Assembly (NCBI GenBank): GCA_963803435.1
Contig: CAWDML010000001.1
Coordinates: 128,001-192,000 of the forward strand
Direction: 5' to 3'
Length of the DNA stretch: 64,000 nucleotides
DNA from: an uncultured delta proteobacterium
Lineage (GTDB): Bacteria > Myxococcota > Kuafuiibacteriia > Kuafuiibacteriales > Kuafuiibacteriaceae
The notes beneath the pieces were generated by a model. It was not told where the DNA came from, ran no database searches, and saw only the letters and a program-made list of their open reading frames with translations. Below, piece by piece: positions 19,546 through 29,691 of the stretch (positions within the stretch are counted from its first letter, which is position 1; each line of letters opens with the position of its first letter). A program made the position numbers and the translations under genes.

Positions 19546-21698
19546 GCCACGATCCTCCGGCCGAGGTTTCGCCGGCCCACGACGAGCTCGATGGATCCGA
19601 TCGCGATCATCATCAGCACGATCAGCACGGAGGAGTACGCGATCGCCGGGCCGTAGTCGCCGTGCTCGACGCGGCCGAGGATGTAGGTCGTCGAGAGATC
19701 GTAGTCGGCGCTGACCAGGAAGATGACAGCGCTGACCGCGGTCATGGCGCGCACGAAGCCGTAGACCAGCGCCGCCACCAGCGCCGGCCGGAGGAGCGGG
19801 AGCACCACCCTGCGGAGCGTCGTGAAGCTGGTGGCGCCCAGCGTGAGTGAGGCCTCGTCGAGGCTGGAGTCGATCTGGCTCAGCGTCGCCAGGCCTGCAC
19901 GAACGCCCACGGTCATGTTCCGGAAGACGAAGCAGATGACCAGGATCGCCGCGGTGCCGGTGACCTCGATCGGCGGGACGTTGAAGGCGAGGATGTAGCT
20001 CACCCCGATCACCGTGCCCGGGATGGCGAAGCTGAGCATCGTCCCGAACTCGAACGCCGCGCGGCCGGCGAAGCGCTGGCGGGAGAGGAGGTAGGCGGTC
20101 AAGAGGCCCATCACCGCCGTGAGCGGTGCCGAGAGGGTGGCGACGACGACCGTGGTGATCAGCGAGGGCCAGCCGGAGCCGGTCAGGTGCATGCCACCGG
20201 ACGACGAGATCGAGAACATCGACTGGAAGTGCTCGAGCGTGAACGTGTTGTCACGGCCCCAGATCTTGACGAAGCCGCCGAACAGCGCGGTCAGGTAGAT
20301 GGCGGCGGTGAAGAGCGCCCACGGGATCGCGACGCACCGGACCAGGACGTCCAGCCCGCGCGGGAGCAACGAGGGCGCGCCGCTGTCCGCCTTGCCCGTC
20401 ATGGTCGTGTACGACCTCTTCCCCACCCAGGATCGCTGCGCCCAGAAGGCGAGCAGCGTGAAAGTGAGGAGCACCAGCGCGAACGAGGCCGCCCGCGCGA
20501 CGTCGTGCTGTGCGCCGGCGACCGCGAAGTAGATGTCCGTGGCGAGCACGTCGTAGTTGCCGCCGAGCACCAGCGGGTTGCCGAAGTCGGCCAGGCTCTC
20601 GATGAAGCCGATCAGGAAGGCGCTGGCCAGCCCCGGGCGGATCAACGGCAGCGTCACGGTCACGAAGGTCGTCCAGCGATCGGCGCCCAGGGTCTGGGCC
20701 GCCTCCTCCATCGAGGGGCTGATCCCCTCGACCACCCCGATCAGCACCAGGAACGCGACCGGCGTGAACGCGAGGAGCTGCGCCAGCAGGATCCCGGGGA
20801 GGCCGAAGATATAGCGGCTGGGCGCGAGGCCGAACATCTCCTCGATCAGCGAGGTGACGGCGCCGGCGCGCCCGAACATCAGGATCACCGCGAGCCCGAG
20901 AACGAAGGGCGGCGTGATGATCGGGAGGATCGTCAGCGACTTCAGCAGACGCCCGGCGAAGAAGCGGGTACGCGTGACCACCAGCGCGAAGGCGAGCCCG
21001 AGGAGCGTGGAGCCGGCGCCGGCGAGCAGCGCCAGGAAGAGCGTGCGCCAGGCGACGCCCCAGTGAGCCGCGCCCAGGCCCAGGCCCCAGATCTTCTCGG
21101 AGGAGAGGTTGCCGAGGAAGACGCCCAGCGAGAGCGCGCCGTCCTCGGACTCGAAGGCGCGCACCAGGATGATCAGCGTCGGATAGACCACGAAGAGCAG
21201 CGTCGACGCGATCACCACCGCCAGCGCGCCCAGCACGAAGGCGTCGCCCCGGACGTAGCCGCGCGCGGCCAGGCCCTCGGCCAGGTAGAGCAGGAAGACG
21301 AGGTGGACGATCAGCGCGCCGTAGCCCATCCCGTACTGCTTGGCGGCGAGCGGCCCGAACAGCGCCTCGAGCGTGTCGAACGACCATCCGAGCGCGCCGA
21401 TCGAGAAGCCCTGGACCAGGCCGTAAGCGAGCCCGCCGGCGCCCGCGGCCACCAAGATCCTCCAGGTCGAGGGACTCCGCCGCCGAAGGGTGAGTGCGGG
21501 GACGAGCAGCAGCGGCAAGTAGGGCAGGAGCCAGATCTTGCCGAAGAGGAAGACCTGCCAGAGGGCCGGGCCGGCCTCGGCGTCGGCCGGATAGTACGGG
21601 ATCCATTCGGTGGAGAAGAAGCCGGACTCGATCCCATACCAAGGGATCGCGAGGAAGGCGGCGAGCCCGACGACCATCTGGATCGCGACGCGCTTCAC
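19542..21698 (-). CDS. ABC transporter permease with two TM domains (FbpB/AfuB type)
   Basis: Two EAA loops (EEAAQTLGA, DEASLTLGA), ADFGNPL. Confidence 0.9.
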   Translation of the reverse strand: MKRVAIQMVVGLAAFLAIPWYGIESGFFSTEWIPYYPADAEAGPALWQVFLFGKIWLLPYLPLLLVPALTLRRRSPSTWRILVAAGAGGLAYGLVQGFSIGALGWSFDTLEALFGPLAAKQYGMGYGALIVHLVFLLYLAEGLAARGYVRGDAFVLGALAVVIASTLLFVVYPTLIILVRAFESEDGALSLGVFLGNLSSEKIWGLGLGAAHWGVAWRTLFLALLAGAGSTLLGLAFALVVTRTRFFAGRLLKSLTILPIITPPFVLGLAVILMFGRAGAVTSLIEEMFGLAPSRYIFGLPGILLAQLLAFTPVAFLVLIGVVEGISPSMEEAAQTLGADRWTTFVTVTLPLIRPGLASAFLIGFIESLADFGNPLVLGGNYDVLATDIYFAVAGAQHDVARAASFALVLLTFTLLAFWAQRSWVGKRSYTTMTGKADSGAPSLLPRGLDVLVRCVAIPWALFTAAIYLTALFGGFVKIWGRDNTFTLEHFQSMFSISSSGGMHLTGSGWPSLITTVVVATLSAPLTAVMGLLTAYLLSRQRFAGRAAFEFGTMLSFAIPGTVIGVSYILAFNVPPIEVTGTAAILVICFVFRNMTVGVRAGLATLSQIDSSLDEASLTLGATSFTTLRRVVLPLLRPALVAALVYGFVRAMTAVSAVIFLVSADYDLSTTYILGRVEHGDYGPAIAYSSVLIVLMMIAIGSIELVVGRRNLGRRIVA

Positions 21699-21699
21699 G

Positions 21700-22728
21700 T
21701 CAGCCCTTGACCTCGTTCTCCCAGCGCGTGAGGAGGCGCGTCCGCTCCTCCTTGGTGCCGTAGCGCCGCTGGTCGAAGTCGATCAGCTTCATCTGATCGA
21801 CGCGCGGGGCGTCGGGCGGAATCTTCGCTTTCTTGTTGGAAGGGATCTGGAAGGCATCCACGCGGGCTGCGATCTCCTGGGCCTCCGGAGACAGCGCCCA
21901 GTCGACGAACCGCTCGGCCTGATCGGGGTGGCGGGCGCCCCGAATGATGCTGACGCATCCGATCTCGAAGCCGGTGCCCTCCTCGGGCGCCACCAGCTTC
22001 AGCGGGAAGCCGGCCTTCTTCTCGGTCATGGCGTCGTGGAGAAACGCGATGCCGATCCCGGTCTCGCCCTGCCCCGCCGCACGCACCGGTGCGGCGCCGC
22101 TCTTGGTGTACTGGTTGATGCTGCGACCGAGCTGCTTTAGGTACGCGAAGCCCTGCTCTTCTCCGAAGAGCTGCACGATCGTGGCGAGCATCGTGTAGGC
22201 GGTCCCGGACGAGTTCGGGTTCGCCATCTGGATCTCGCCCTTGAACTCGTCGCGGAGCAGGTCGTGCCAGCCCTTGGGAGGCTCGAGGCCGCGCTTGGCC
22301 AGCCACTCGGTGTTGTAGGCGAAGCCGAGCGCGCCCATGTAGATGCCGGTGGCCCGGTACTCGCCGGTGCCGGGCGGATCCACGGCCCACGGGTGGAGCT
22401 CGGGCAGACGCGGCGACCGGTACGGCGCGCTCAGCTTGGCCTCGGCGGCCTGGAGGTGGGCGTCGCCGGTTCCGCCGAACCAGACGTCGCCCTTCGGGTT
22501 CCTTCGTTCGGCCCAGATCTGGGCGTACATCTCGCCGGACGACTTGCGGATCATCGACAGCGTGACGCCGGTCTTCCGCTCGTAGTCGAGCTTCACGGCG
22601 TCGCACCAGTCGATCTGGACGCTGCAGTAGACCGTGAGCCGCGGCGGGCGAACACGCTCCGAACGGGTGCAGCCGGTCCACGCGATCGCGAGCAGGACGA
22701 GGAGCCCCGCGGTCAGCCGCCCGGCCAC
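21700..22728 (-). CDS. ABC transporter substrate-binding lipoprotein (AfuA-like)
   Basis: Lipobox WTGC, LTVYCS, DVWFGGTGD, MANPNSSGTAY, GTGFEIG; GTG at 22728 chosen. Confidence 0.85.
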   Translation of the reverse strand: MAGRLTAGLLVLLAIAWTGCTRSERVRPPRLTVYCSVQIDWCDAVKLDYERKTGVTLSMIRKSSGEMYAQIWAERRNPKGDVWFGGTGDAHLQAAEAKLSAPYRSPRLPELHPWAVDPPGTGEYRATGIYMGALGFAYNTEWLAKRGLEPPKGWHDLLRDEFKGEIQMANPNSSGTAYTMLATIVQLFGEEQGFAYLKQLGRSINQYTKSGAAPVRAAGQGETGIGIAFLHDAMTEKKAGFPLKLVAPEEGTGFEIGCVSIIRGARHPDQAERFVDWALSPEAQEIAARVDAFQIPSNKKAKIPPDAPRVDQMKLIDFDQRRYGTKEERTRLLTRWENEVKG

Positions 22729-23591
22729 TCGACGCTCCAGAGCTCGGTCAGATCGCGGACCGAGGCCACGCGCGGATGATCGGGATCGAAGACCGGCGCA
22801 TCGGTGCGGCGCCGCTGGACCCAGCCGCCCCAGCGGACCCCGAGCGACATCAACGGGAGCACGTCGCTGGTGAGGCTGTCGCCCACCGCCAGCGCTCTCG
22901 ACAGATCCGGCGGGCGGCCGAAGAAGCGCTCGAAGTCCGCCAGGACAGCCTGATAGAAGCCGGGGTTCGGCTTGCCGATGGGATCGCCGATCGAGATCTG
23001 CGCGTCGTCGATCCCGATCGCACGAAGGGCCGACAGACGCGCGCGCTTGCGGCGGACCGCGTCCTCTGGATCGTAGCGGAACGTCTGGGCGCGCTCGTCG
23101 AAGAGCAGGAAGCCGTCGCTGTTGGTCGCCAGCAGGAAGGGCGTGCCGGACTCGACCAACCGCTCCACCGCGATCCGGGCGTCCGCGAACACCTCGGTGG
23201 CGTCGGCGAGCACCTGCCAGTAGTGATCGATCGCGCCGTCGATCAGCGCCTCGGTGACGGGCTGGCCGTGCGCCTCCAGCGCGATCGCGAGCAACGTGTG
23301 CCGCGAGAACATCTTCAGCTCGTAGCCCTGCTCGGTGGCGCCGCGCTGCCAGCGGGCGATCTTCCGGCGCAGCGTGGTGTACGCGCTTCCGGCCTCCCCG
23401 CCGCCGCTGCGAAGCTCCGCGATCAGGGTGGCGTAGCCGTCCGCGAACGAGGCCTGCACGGCGCGCGCCTCGGTCTCTCCGAGCGCCGCGGTGAGGGGCG
23501 CGAGGACCGCCTCGACACCCAAGTGCGCCACGCGATCCATGTCGAGCATGACGTCGTCGACGTCGAGGAAGACGGCGGAGAACGACGTCAA
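22713..23591 (-). CDS. HAD-superfamily hydrolase
   Basis: DVDDVM motif I, ATNSD, GKP, VGDSLTSD. Confidence 0.85.
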   Translation of the reverse strand: MTSFSAVFLDVDDVMLDMDRVAHLGVEAVLAPLTAALGETEARAVQASFADGYATLIAELRSGGGEAGSAYTTLRRKIARWQRGATEQGYELKMFSRHTLLAIALEAHGQPVTEALIDGAIDHYWQVLADATEVFADARIAVERLVESGTPFLLATNSDGFLLFDERAQTFRYDPEDAVRRKRARLSALRAIGIDDAQISIGDPIGKPNPGFYQAVLADFERFFGRPPDLSRALAVGDSLTSDVLPLMSLGVRWGGWVQRRRTDAPVFDPDHPRVASVRDLTELWSVEWPGG

Positions 23592-24478
23592 ACGAGGCCG
23601 ACCTCGGCGACCAGGCGGCTGACCGTCTGAAACCCGAGGCGCGCGTAGGTCGGCGGATCGGCGAGCTTGGGATCCTGCTCGGCCTCCACGACCAACCAGC
23701 CCGAGTATCCGACCTGGTGCAGTCGCTCGAGCACCGCGCGAAAGTCGACGCAGCCGTCGCCCGGGACGGTGAAGACCCCGCGCAGCACCGCCGAGAGAAA
23801 CGGCAGCTCCGCGATCTGCGGATCCGAGAGCACCTGCCTCCGCACGTCCTTGAGGTGAACGTGTCGGATCCGAGGCCCGTGCCGCGCAGCGACCGCGACC
23901 ACGTCACCCCCGGCGTAGGTGAGATGCCCGGTGTCGAGCAGCAGCGCCACCGCGTCACCGGTCTGCGCCATCAGCTCGTCGATCTCGTGCTCCGTCTCGA
24001 TGACGGTGCCGACATGGTGGTGATACGCGAGCTGGATCCCCTGGGTGAGGAGGTGCTCGGCGAGCAGCGTCAGCGACTCGCCGTACTGGCGGAGCGCCTG
24101 CGGGTGGAGCGCGGGCCGCCGCGAGATGGGCGCGGTCGGATCGCCGTGGACCGCGCCGGTCACCTCCGCGAACACCAGCACGCGCGATCCCATCTGCTCG
24201 AGGAGCGACAGGTGAGGCTCCATCGCCCGGTACTCCTCCTCCACGCTGCGCTCGAGCAGGCGTCCGCTGTACCAGCCGGAGATCAGCTCGAGGCCGTGCG
24301 CACGCATGATCGGGAGCAGCGTCTCGGCGTCGCGGGGGAACTTGTGGCCCAGCTCCATGCCCTCGTAGCCGGCCTGCTTGGCCTGAGACAGGCACGTGTC
24401 GAGGGAGATGTCCGCGCCGAGGGCGGGCAGATCGTCGTTGCTCCAGGTGAGCGGATTGATTCCGATCCGGATAGCCAC
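23588..24478 (-). CDS. iolE: Myo-inosose-2 dehydratase
   Basis: GINPLTWSNDDLP, YHHH, LLLDTGH, HVHLKD, VVEAEQDP. Confidence 0.93.
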   Translation of the reverse strand: MAIRIGINPLTWSNDDLPALGADISLDTCLSQAKQAGYEGMELGHKFPRDAETLLPIMRAHGLELISGWYSGRLLERSVEEEYRAMEPHLSLLEQMGSRVLVFAEVTGAVHGDPTAPISRRPALHPQALRQYGESLTLLAEHLLTQGIQLAYHHHVGTVIETEHEIDELMAQTGDAVALLLDTGHLTYAGGDVVAVAARHGPRIRHVHLKDVRRQVLSDPQIAELPFLSAVLRGVFTVPGDGCVDFRAVLERLHQVGYSGWLVVEAEQDPKLADPPTYARLGFQTVSRLVAEVGLV

Positions 24479-24479
24479 T

Positions 24480-26309
24480 TCACGCCCCCCGTCGTCGCTT
24501 CTGCATCGCATCGAGCGCGCGGTGTGCCGCTCGGGTCTCCTCGCGCGGTGAGACCTCCGGCACCGCGACCTCCCACCAGGCACCACCGGCCCGGGTGGAC
24601 TTCTCCGGATCCGTCTCGATCACGATGACTGTGGTGATCGGATTGGACTGGGCCGCCCGCAGCTCGCGCTCGAGGTCGTCGATGGTGTCGGCCTTCCGGG
24701 CGATCGCACCGAGCGACTCGGCGTGCTTCACGAAGTCGATCCGCGGCGTCTCCTCTGGGAAGAGGTTGTTGAAGGCTGCGCCGCCGGTCGCTCTCTGCAG
24801 CCGGTTGATGCAACCGAACCCGCGGTTGTCGAGCACGACGATCACCAGCTTCTTCCCCATCGCGACGCTGGTGGCGATCTCGGAGTTCAGCATGAGATAG
24901 CTGCCGTCGCCGACCAGGACGTAGACGTCGCGCGAGGGCGCCGCCATCTTGACGCCGAGACCGCCGGCGATCTCGTAGCCCATGCAGGAGTAGCCGTACT
25001 CGACGTGGTAGCTCCCCGGTCCGGTCGGGCGCCACAGCTTGTGCAGCTCGCCCGGGAGCCCGCCGGCCGCGCAGACCACCACGCTCTGCTCGCGGGCGGC
25101 GCGGTTGACCGCTCCAAGCACCTGGGCGTCCGTCGGCGTCCCCAGCCCGCGCTCGGTGACCGCGTCGATCGTCCGATCCCAGTCCGCCTTGAGCGCGCGG
25201 GCCTTGTCCATCCAGCCCGAGGTCCGCTCCGCCCGGCCGGCCAGCCCGCGCTCGAGCGCCTCCAGGCCGATCCGGGCGTCTCCGACCAGCGGCACCGCCG
25301 AGTGCTTGTAGGCGTCGAAGGGCGCCACATTGAGCGCGACGATCCGCACCCCGGGTCGCTCGAAGAGCGTGCGCGACGCCGTCGTGAAGTCCTGGAGCCG
25401 GGTGCCCACGGCCAGGATCAGGTCGGCCTCCCGCGCGAGCGCGTTGGCCGCCTCGGTGCCCGTGACGCCGAGCCCGCCGAGGCAGCACGGATGCGACCAC
25501 GCGAGCGCGCCTTTGCCCGCCTGGGTCTCAGCCACCGGGATCCCATGCTTCTCCGCGAACCGTCCCAGCACCTCGGAAGCCGCGGAGTAGAGCACGCCGC
25601 CGCCGGCGACGATCAGCGGGTGGCCCGCGTCCTCGAACGCGGAGAGCGCGCGCTCCAGCTCGAGGGCGTCGGGCGCCTGCCGCCGCGTCCGATGCAGGCG
25701 CGGATGGAAGAACTCCGAGGGAAAGGCGTACGCCTCGGTCTGAACGTCCTGGGGGAACGCCAGGGTCACCGGGCCGCAGTCGACCGGATCCGTCAGCACG
25801 CGGATCGCGTTCGGGAGCGCGACCAGCAGCTGCTCCGGCCGCATGACGCGATCGAAGTAGCGGGAGACCGGACGCAGGCAGTCGTTCGCGGTGATCGTCG
25901 GATCGCCGAAGTCCTCGAGCTGCTGCAGCACCGGATCGGGGGCGCGGCTGGCGAAGACGTCGCCGGGCAGGAGCAACACCGGCAGGCGGTTCACGTGCGC
26001 GACCGCAGCCGCGGTGACCAGGTTGGTGGCGCCGGGGCCGATCGAGGTGGTGCAGGCCATCAGCTGGCGGCGCCTCATCGCCTTCGCGTACGCGACGGCG
26101 GCGTGGGCCATCGCCTGCTCGTTGTGGGCGCGGAACGTGGGGATGATCCGGTTCTCCTCGAGCGCGTGCCCGAGACCCGCCACGTTGCCGTGCCCGAAGA
26201 TCGCGAACACGCCGGCGACCAGCGGCCGCTCCTCGCTCTCGATCTCGACCTTCTGGGCCGCGAGATAACGGACGACCGCCTGGGCGGCGGTGAGCTCGAT
26301 GGTCGACAC
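24480..26309 (-). CDS. iolD: THcHDO acylhydrolase (ThDP-dependent)
   Basis: AIFGHGNVAG, HNEQAMAH, EYGYSCMGYEIAG, GDGSY. Confidence 0.95.
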   Translation of the reverse strand: MSTIELTAAQAVVRYLAAQKVEIESEERPLVAGVFAIFGHGNVAGLGHALEENRIIPTFRAHNEQAMAHAAVAYAKAMRRRQLMACTTSIGPGATNLVTAAAVAHVNRLPVLLLPGDVFASRAPDPVLQQLEDFGDPTITANDCLRPVSRYFDRVMRPEQLLVALPNAIRVLTDPVDCGPVTLAFPQDVQTEAYAFPSEFFHPRLHRTRRQAPDALELERALSAFEDAGHPLIVAGGGVLYSAASEVLGRFAEKHGIPVAETQAGKGALAWSHPCCLGGLGVTGTEAANALAREADLILAVGTRLQDFTTASRTLFERPGVRIVALNVAPFDAYKHSAVPLVGDARIGLEALERGLAGRAERTSGWMDKARALKADWDRTIDAVTERGLGTPTDAQVLGAVNRAAREQSVVVCAAGGLPGELHKLWRPTGPGSYHVEYGYSCMGYEIAGGLGVKMAAPSRDVYVLVGDGSYLMLNSEIATSVAMGKKLVIVVLDNRGFGCINRLQRATGGAAFNNLFPEETPRIDFVKHAESLGAIARKADTIDDLERELRAAQSNPITTVIVIETDPEKSTRAGGAWWEVAVPEVSPREETRAAHRALDAMQKRRRGA

Positions 26310-26335
26310 TCGAATCCTCCGGCGCGCAGGCTAGT

Positions 26336-28225
26336 TCACAAGCCCCGATCGATCCAGCGACGGATCAATCGTTCGAACGCAAGGGACACGGCCTCGATCA
26401 GGCCGGCCTCCGTCAGCTCGTCGGCGAGGAAGCGGCGCGCCGGCTCGAGGAAGATCGTGCGCCCCACCGCGAACCCTCGACACAGCGCCGGCGCCCGCGC
26501 GAACGAGGCCGCCACCTCCTCCTCGGACGCGGACAGGCCCAGGAGCAGCACGCCGTGGCAGCTCGGATCGCGGCGAACGATCGGCTCGATCTCGCTCCAA
26601 TCGATCGGATCGGGCAGCTTCCACCAGTCCGGCTGCAGGCCGGCCCTGGCGAGCCGGTGCATCGCCTGGGGCAGCACGCTTCGATCCGGCGCACCGCCTT
26701 GCTCCGGGATGATCTCGAGCAGCCACTCGCGGTGGAGCCGCCGGCACGCCGACTGCAGCCGCAGGAGCTTCGACTCCTCCGCCAGCAGGGTCGCCTCCGG
26801 ATCCTTCGGGTGACAGTGGACGAGACACTTCACCACCTGGCGCTGGGGCCAGGTCAGGATCTCGAGCTCCAGGTTCGGCTCTCCGATGAAACGCACCGGC
26901 CGCTGCTTGGGGCCCTCGATCGGGCGCGCCACGAACCAGCCGAGCCGCGTCATGCGGGCGAGCGCGTCGCCGCCGTACTGGCCGTCGATGATCACGCCGG
27001 CGCCCTCGATCCCGGTGCGCTCCACCGCCCGCACGCCCGCCTCGGCGATCGCATCCTTCAGCGCCGTCAGTTGAGCTTGCGGGGCGGCGGCGTCCTCCGC
27101 CATCACCTCCAGCTGGCGGCGGTGATCGAACGCGAGGATGCAGAGCTCTCCTGGGACGCGGGGGCGGTACGTCATCCGGTGCAGGCGCTCCAGGTTGGCG
27201 TCGAGATCGATGCGCGGGATCCGGGCGGCCCGGCGGATGTACGAGTCGAGCTCCGCCTTCGAGGGCATCGCCGTGGAGCAGGTATGGCGCGACACCACCA
27301 GCGCGCCCATCGCGTTGGCGTACGCGGCGCAGTCGACGAGCGGCTCGTCTCCCAGCCAGCCGCGGAGGAAGCCGCTCATGAAGGCATCGCCGGCCCCGAG
27401 GACGTTGAGCACGTCGACCGGGACCCCCTCGCAGACCAGCCCGCCGTCGACGCTGTCGGGGATGACGCCCTCGAAGATCGCGCAGCCGAGCGCGCCGCGC
27501 TTGACCACGATGACCGCGCTCGAGCAGTCGCGGATCGCTCGGAGCGCGGCGATCGGATCGCTCTTGCCGCCCGCGATCAGGATCTCCTCCTCGGTGCCGA
27601 CGATGAGGTCGCAGTCGGAGAGCAACGGCCGCATCTCGGAGGTCACGTGCGCGCTCTGCACGTAGCGCTCCTCGCCGAGGCCGTGTCCGGTGAGCCGCCA
27701 CAGCACCGGGCGGTAGTCGATGTCGAGGATCACCCGCCTGCCTCCCGCCTTGGCGGCGCGGACCGCCTTCTCGCAGGCGGCCTTGGTGTTCGGCGCGGAG
27801 AGGTGCGTCCCGGTGATGAGGACCGCCTGGGCGCTCCGGATGAAGGCGTCGTCGAAGTCGCCGGGCTCGAGGGCCATGTCGGCGCAGCGCTCCCGGTAGA
27901 AGATCAGCGGGAAGGTGTCGCGATCGGAGACGGCCAGCAGCACCAGCGCCGTCAGCCGCTCCGGATCCACGCGGAGGTGGGAGACGTCGACGCCCTCCGC
28001 GGCCAGCGTCCGGGTCACGAAGCGCCCCATGTGCTCGTCGCCGACGCGCGAGAGCATCGCGGATCGCAGGCCCTGGCGGGCGGTCCCGATCGCGATGTTG
28101 GCCGCGCAACCGCCGACCGACTTGTCGAAGCTCTGCACGTCCTCGAGCGGCGAACCGATCTGCTCGCCGTAGAGGTCGACGGCCGCCCGCCCGATGCAGA
28201 TCAGGTCGAGATCACTCGTCGCCAT
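26336..28225 (-). CDS. iolC: 5-dehydro-2-deoxygluconokinase with C-terminal DUF2090-type domain
   Basis: IGRAAVDLYGEQ, DIDYRPVLW, GAGDAF, LAFDHR, DWWKL, GFAVGRTIF. Confidence 0.93.
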   Translation of the reverse strand: MATSDLDLICIGRAAVDLYGEQIGSPLEDVQSFDKSVGGCAANIAIGTARQGLRSAMLSRVGDEHMGRFVTRTLAAEGVDVSHLRVDPERLTALVLLAVSDRDTFPLIFYRERCADMALEPGDFDDAFIRSAQAVLITGTHLSAPNTKAACEKAVRAAKAGGRRVILDIDYRPVLWRLTGHGLGEERYVQSAHVTSEMRPLLSDCDLIVGTEEEILIAGGKSDPIAALRAIRDCSSAVIVVKRGALGCAIFEGVIPDSVDGGLVCEGVPVDVLNVLGAGDAFMSGFLRGWLGDEPLVDCAAYANAMGALVVSRHTCSTAMPSKAELDSYIRRAARIPRIDLDANLERLHRMTYRPRVPGELCILAFDHRRQLEVMAEDAAAPQAQLTALKDAIAEAGVRAVERTGIEGAGVIIDGQYGGDALARMTRLGWFVARPIEGPKQRPVRFIGEPNLELEILTWPQRQVVKCLVHCHPKDPEATLLAEESKLLRLQSACRRLHREWLLEIIPEQGGAPDRSVLPQAMHRLARAGLQPDWWKLPDPIDWSEIEPIVRRDPSCHGVLLLGLSASEEEVAASFARAPALCRGFAVGRTIFLEPARRFLADELTEAGLIEAVSLAFERLIRRWIDRGL

Positions 28226-29021
28226 GCGGCCACCAGTGCTTCGCGCCCGGCGTCATCGTCCAGCGGTGCTCCTCCGTGAACTCCGGCTTGGTGTAGCGGT
28301 CGCCGTCGAGATGCCGGATCGCCCACACGTAGTACATCCCGTACCCGGGCGCGGCGCACTGCGAGTGATCGTTCTTTCCGAGGATCTTGATCGTGTCGTA
28401 GGGCCGAACCTTGATCACCTGCTCGCCCAGCTCGGCATGTCCGTAGCCCTGCGGCGAGGTGAAGCGGTAGTGATAGATCTCGGGCTGCGCGTGGTGGTGC
28501 GGCGGATAGCTCGACCACCGCCCGGGGAAGTTGACGACCTCGCCGAGCACCAGCTTGGCCTCGGGATCGGAGTTGTCGTCGTCGAAGATCGTGCGCACGA
28601 AGCGAAACGCAGCGTCCTTGAGGGCACCCTTGCCGCGCCGCTCGCTCCGCACCGAGTCGGGGTCGTGGATCTCGGCGGGGAAGACGGCCGTGTTGGCGAC
28701 CCGGTACACCGTCAGCTCGACCTCACCCTTGGCCTCGATCCGGACCTTCTGCTTCGCGCCGACGTGGAGCGCCGCCGGCGGATCGTCGAAGAGCGAGATC
28801 CGGGAGAAGACCTTCGTCTCGCCGTCGATGACGAACGCCACCTCACCGCTCATCAAGAGCCAGGCCGTCTCGGTGGGCGTGGTCTCCTCGTGGACCTCGC
28901 GTCCGCCGAGCTTGAGCACGCCGAGCTCCATCCCCGTGTCGTCCTCGGCCTCGCCGATGGCGGTGATCCGCGTGTAGCCGGGCGCGAATCCGTCGCGATT
29001 TTGGGTGAGGTGAACGGCCAT
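28212..29021 (-). CDS. iolB: 5-deoxy-glucuronate isomerase
   Basis: WSSYPPHHH, EIYHY, APGYGMYYVW; first gene of the iol operon. Confidence 0.9.
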   Translation of the reverse strand: MAVHLTQNRDGFAPGYTRITAIGEAEDDTGMELGVLKLGGREVHEETTPTETAWLLMSGEVAFVIDGETKVFSRISLFDDPPAALHVGAKQKVRIEAKGEVELTVYRVANTAVFPAEIHDPDSVRSERRGKGALKDAAFRFVRTIFDDDNSDPEAKLVLGEVVNFPGRWSSYPPHHHAQPEIYHYRFTSPQGYGHAELGEQVIKVRPYDTIKILGKNDHSQCAAPGYGMYYVWAIRHLDGDRYTKPEFTEEHRWTMTPGAKHWWPHGDE

Positions 29022-29064
29022 CCCAATCGGATAGCATCGTTCGCGCCGTGCGCGTCAAGCGCGC

Positions 29065-29688
29065 TCAGAGAACGCCACACATCGCGATGAGGATCTGACC
29101 GGCATAGTAGGCCGGCAGCCCGATCCCCTTGTTGAGGAACGAGGACTCGACGAAACGCTCGCGCGCCACGCACACGTCCGAGAGGAAGAAGAGACAGGCC
29201 CCCGCCGCCAGCCCGGGGCCAGCCATGTTGTGGAGGTTGCCCACGGCGGCGGCGACCATCGTGCTGATCAACGTCATGTAGAGGACGACCGGCTTGTCGA
29301 GGCCGTCGAGCTTGGGCTCGATCCAGCGGTACACCAGCGCGGCCGCTACCAGGAGGCCGGGCAGCACGCCGAAGAAGTAGCTGAACTCGATGCCGCGGAC
29401 GAAGAACGCGACGATGTAGGCGACGTGTGCGAGCAGGAAGGCGAGCAGGCCCGCGAAGAACCAGCGGCGCTCCTTCGAGAGCAGGAAGACGTCGCCGAAC
29501 CACGAGAACACGAGGCCCGCGACGATCAACCACCCGTGGTGCGTGCGCAGCCCACCCGAGTCGATGGCGATGATCAGAAAGCACGTGGAGGCGAGCGGCT
29601 TGAAGATCTTGACCAGGCCCTTCTCCTTGCGAAACTCGGCGAGAACCAGGTCGATGACGACGATTCCGGTGATCAGGATCCAGAGCAA
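29065..29688 (-). CDS. Lysoplasmalogenase (YhhN/TMEM86 family)
   Basis: FKPL, GDVFLL, FLLAHVAY, FFLSD, YYAGQ. Confidence 0.85.
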   Translation of the reverse strand: MLWILITGIVVIDLVLAEFRKEKGLVKIFKPLASTCFLIIAIDSGGLRTHHGWLIVAGLVFSWFGDVFLLSKERRWFFAGLLAFLLAHVAYIVAFFVRGIEFSYFFGVLPGLLVAAALVYRWIEPKLDGLDKPVVLYMTLISTMVAAAVGNLHNMAGPGLAAGACLFFLSDVCVARERFVESSFLNKGIGLPAYYAGQILIAMCGVL

Positions 29689-29691
29689 GGC

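Noticed and set aside
21700-23958. N-terminally extended ORF calls (also 49911-52265, 55413-57371, 56348-58963, 57403-59556)
   Set aside because: The extensions overlap real neighbouring genes; starts were trimmed
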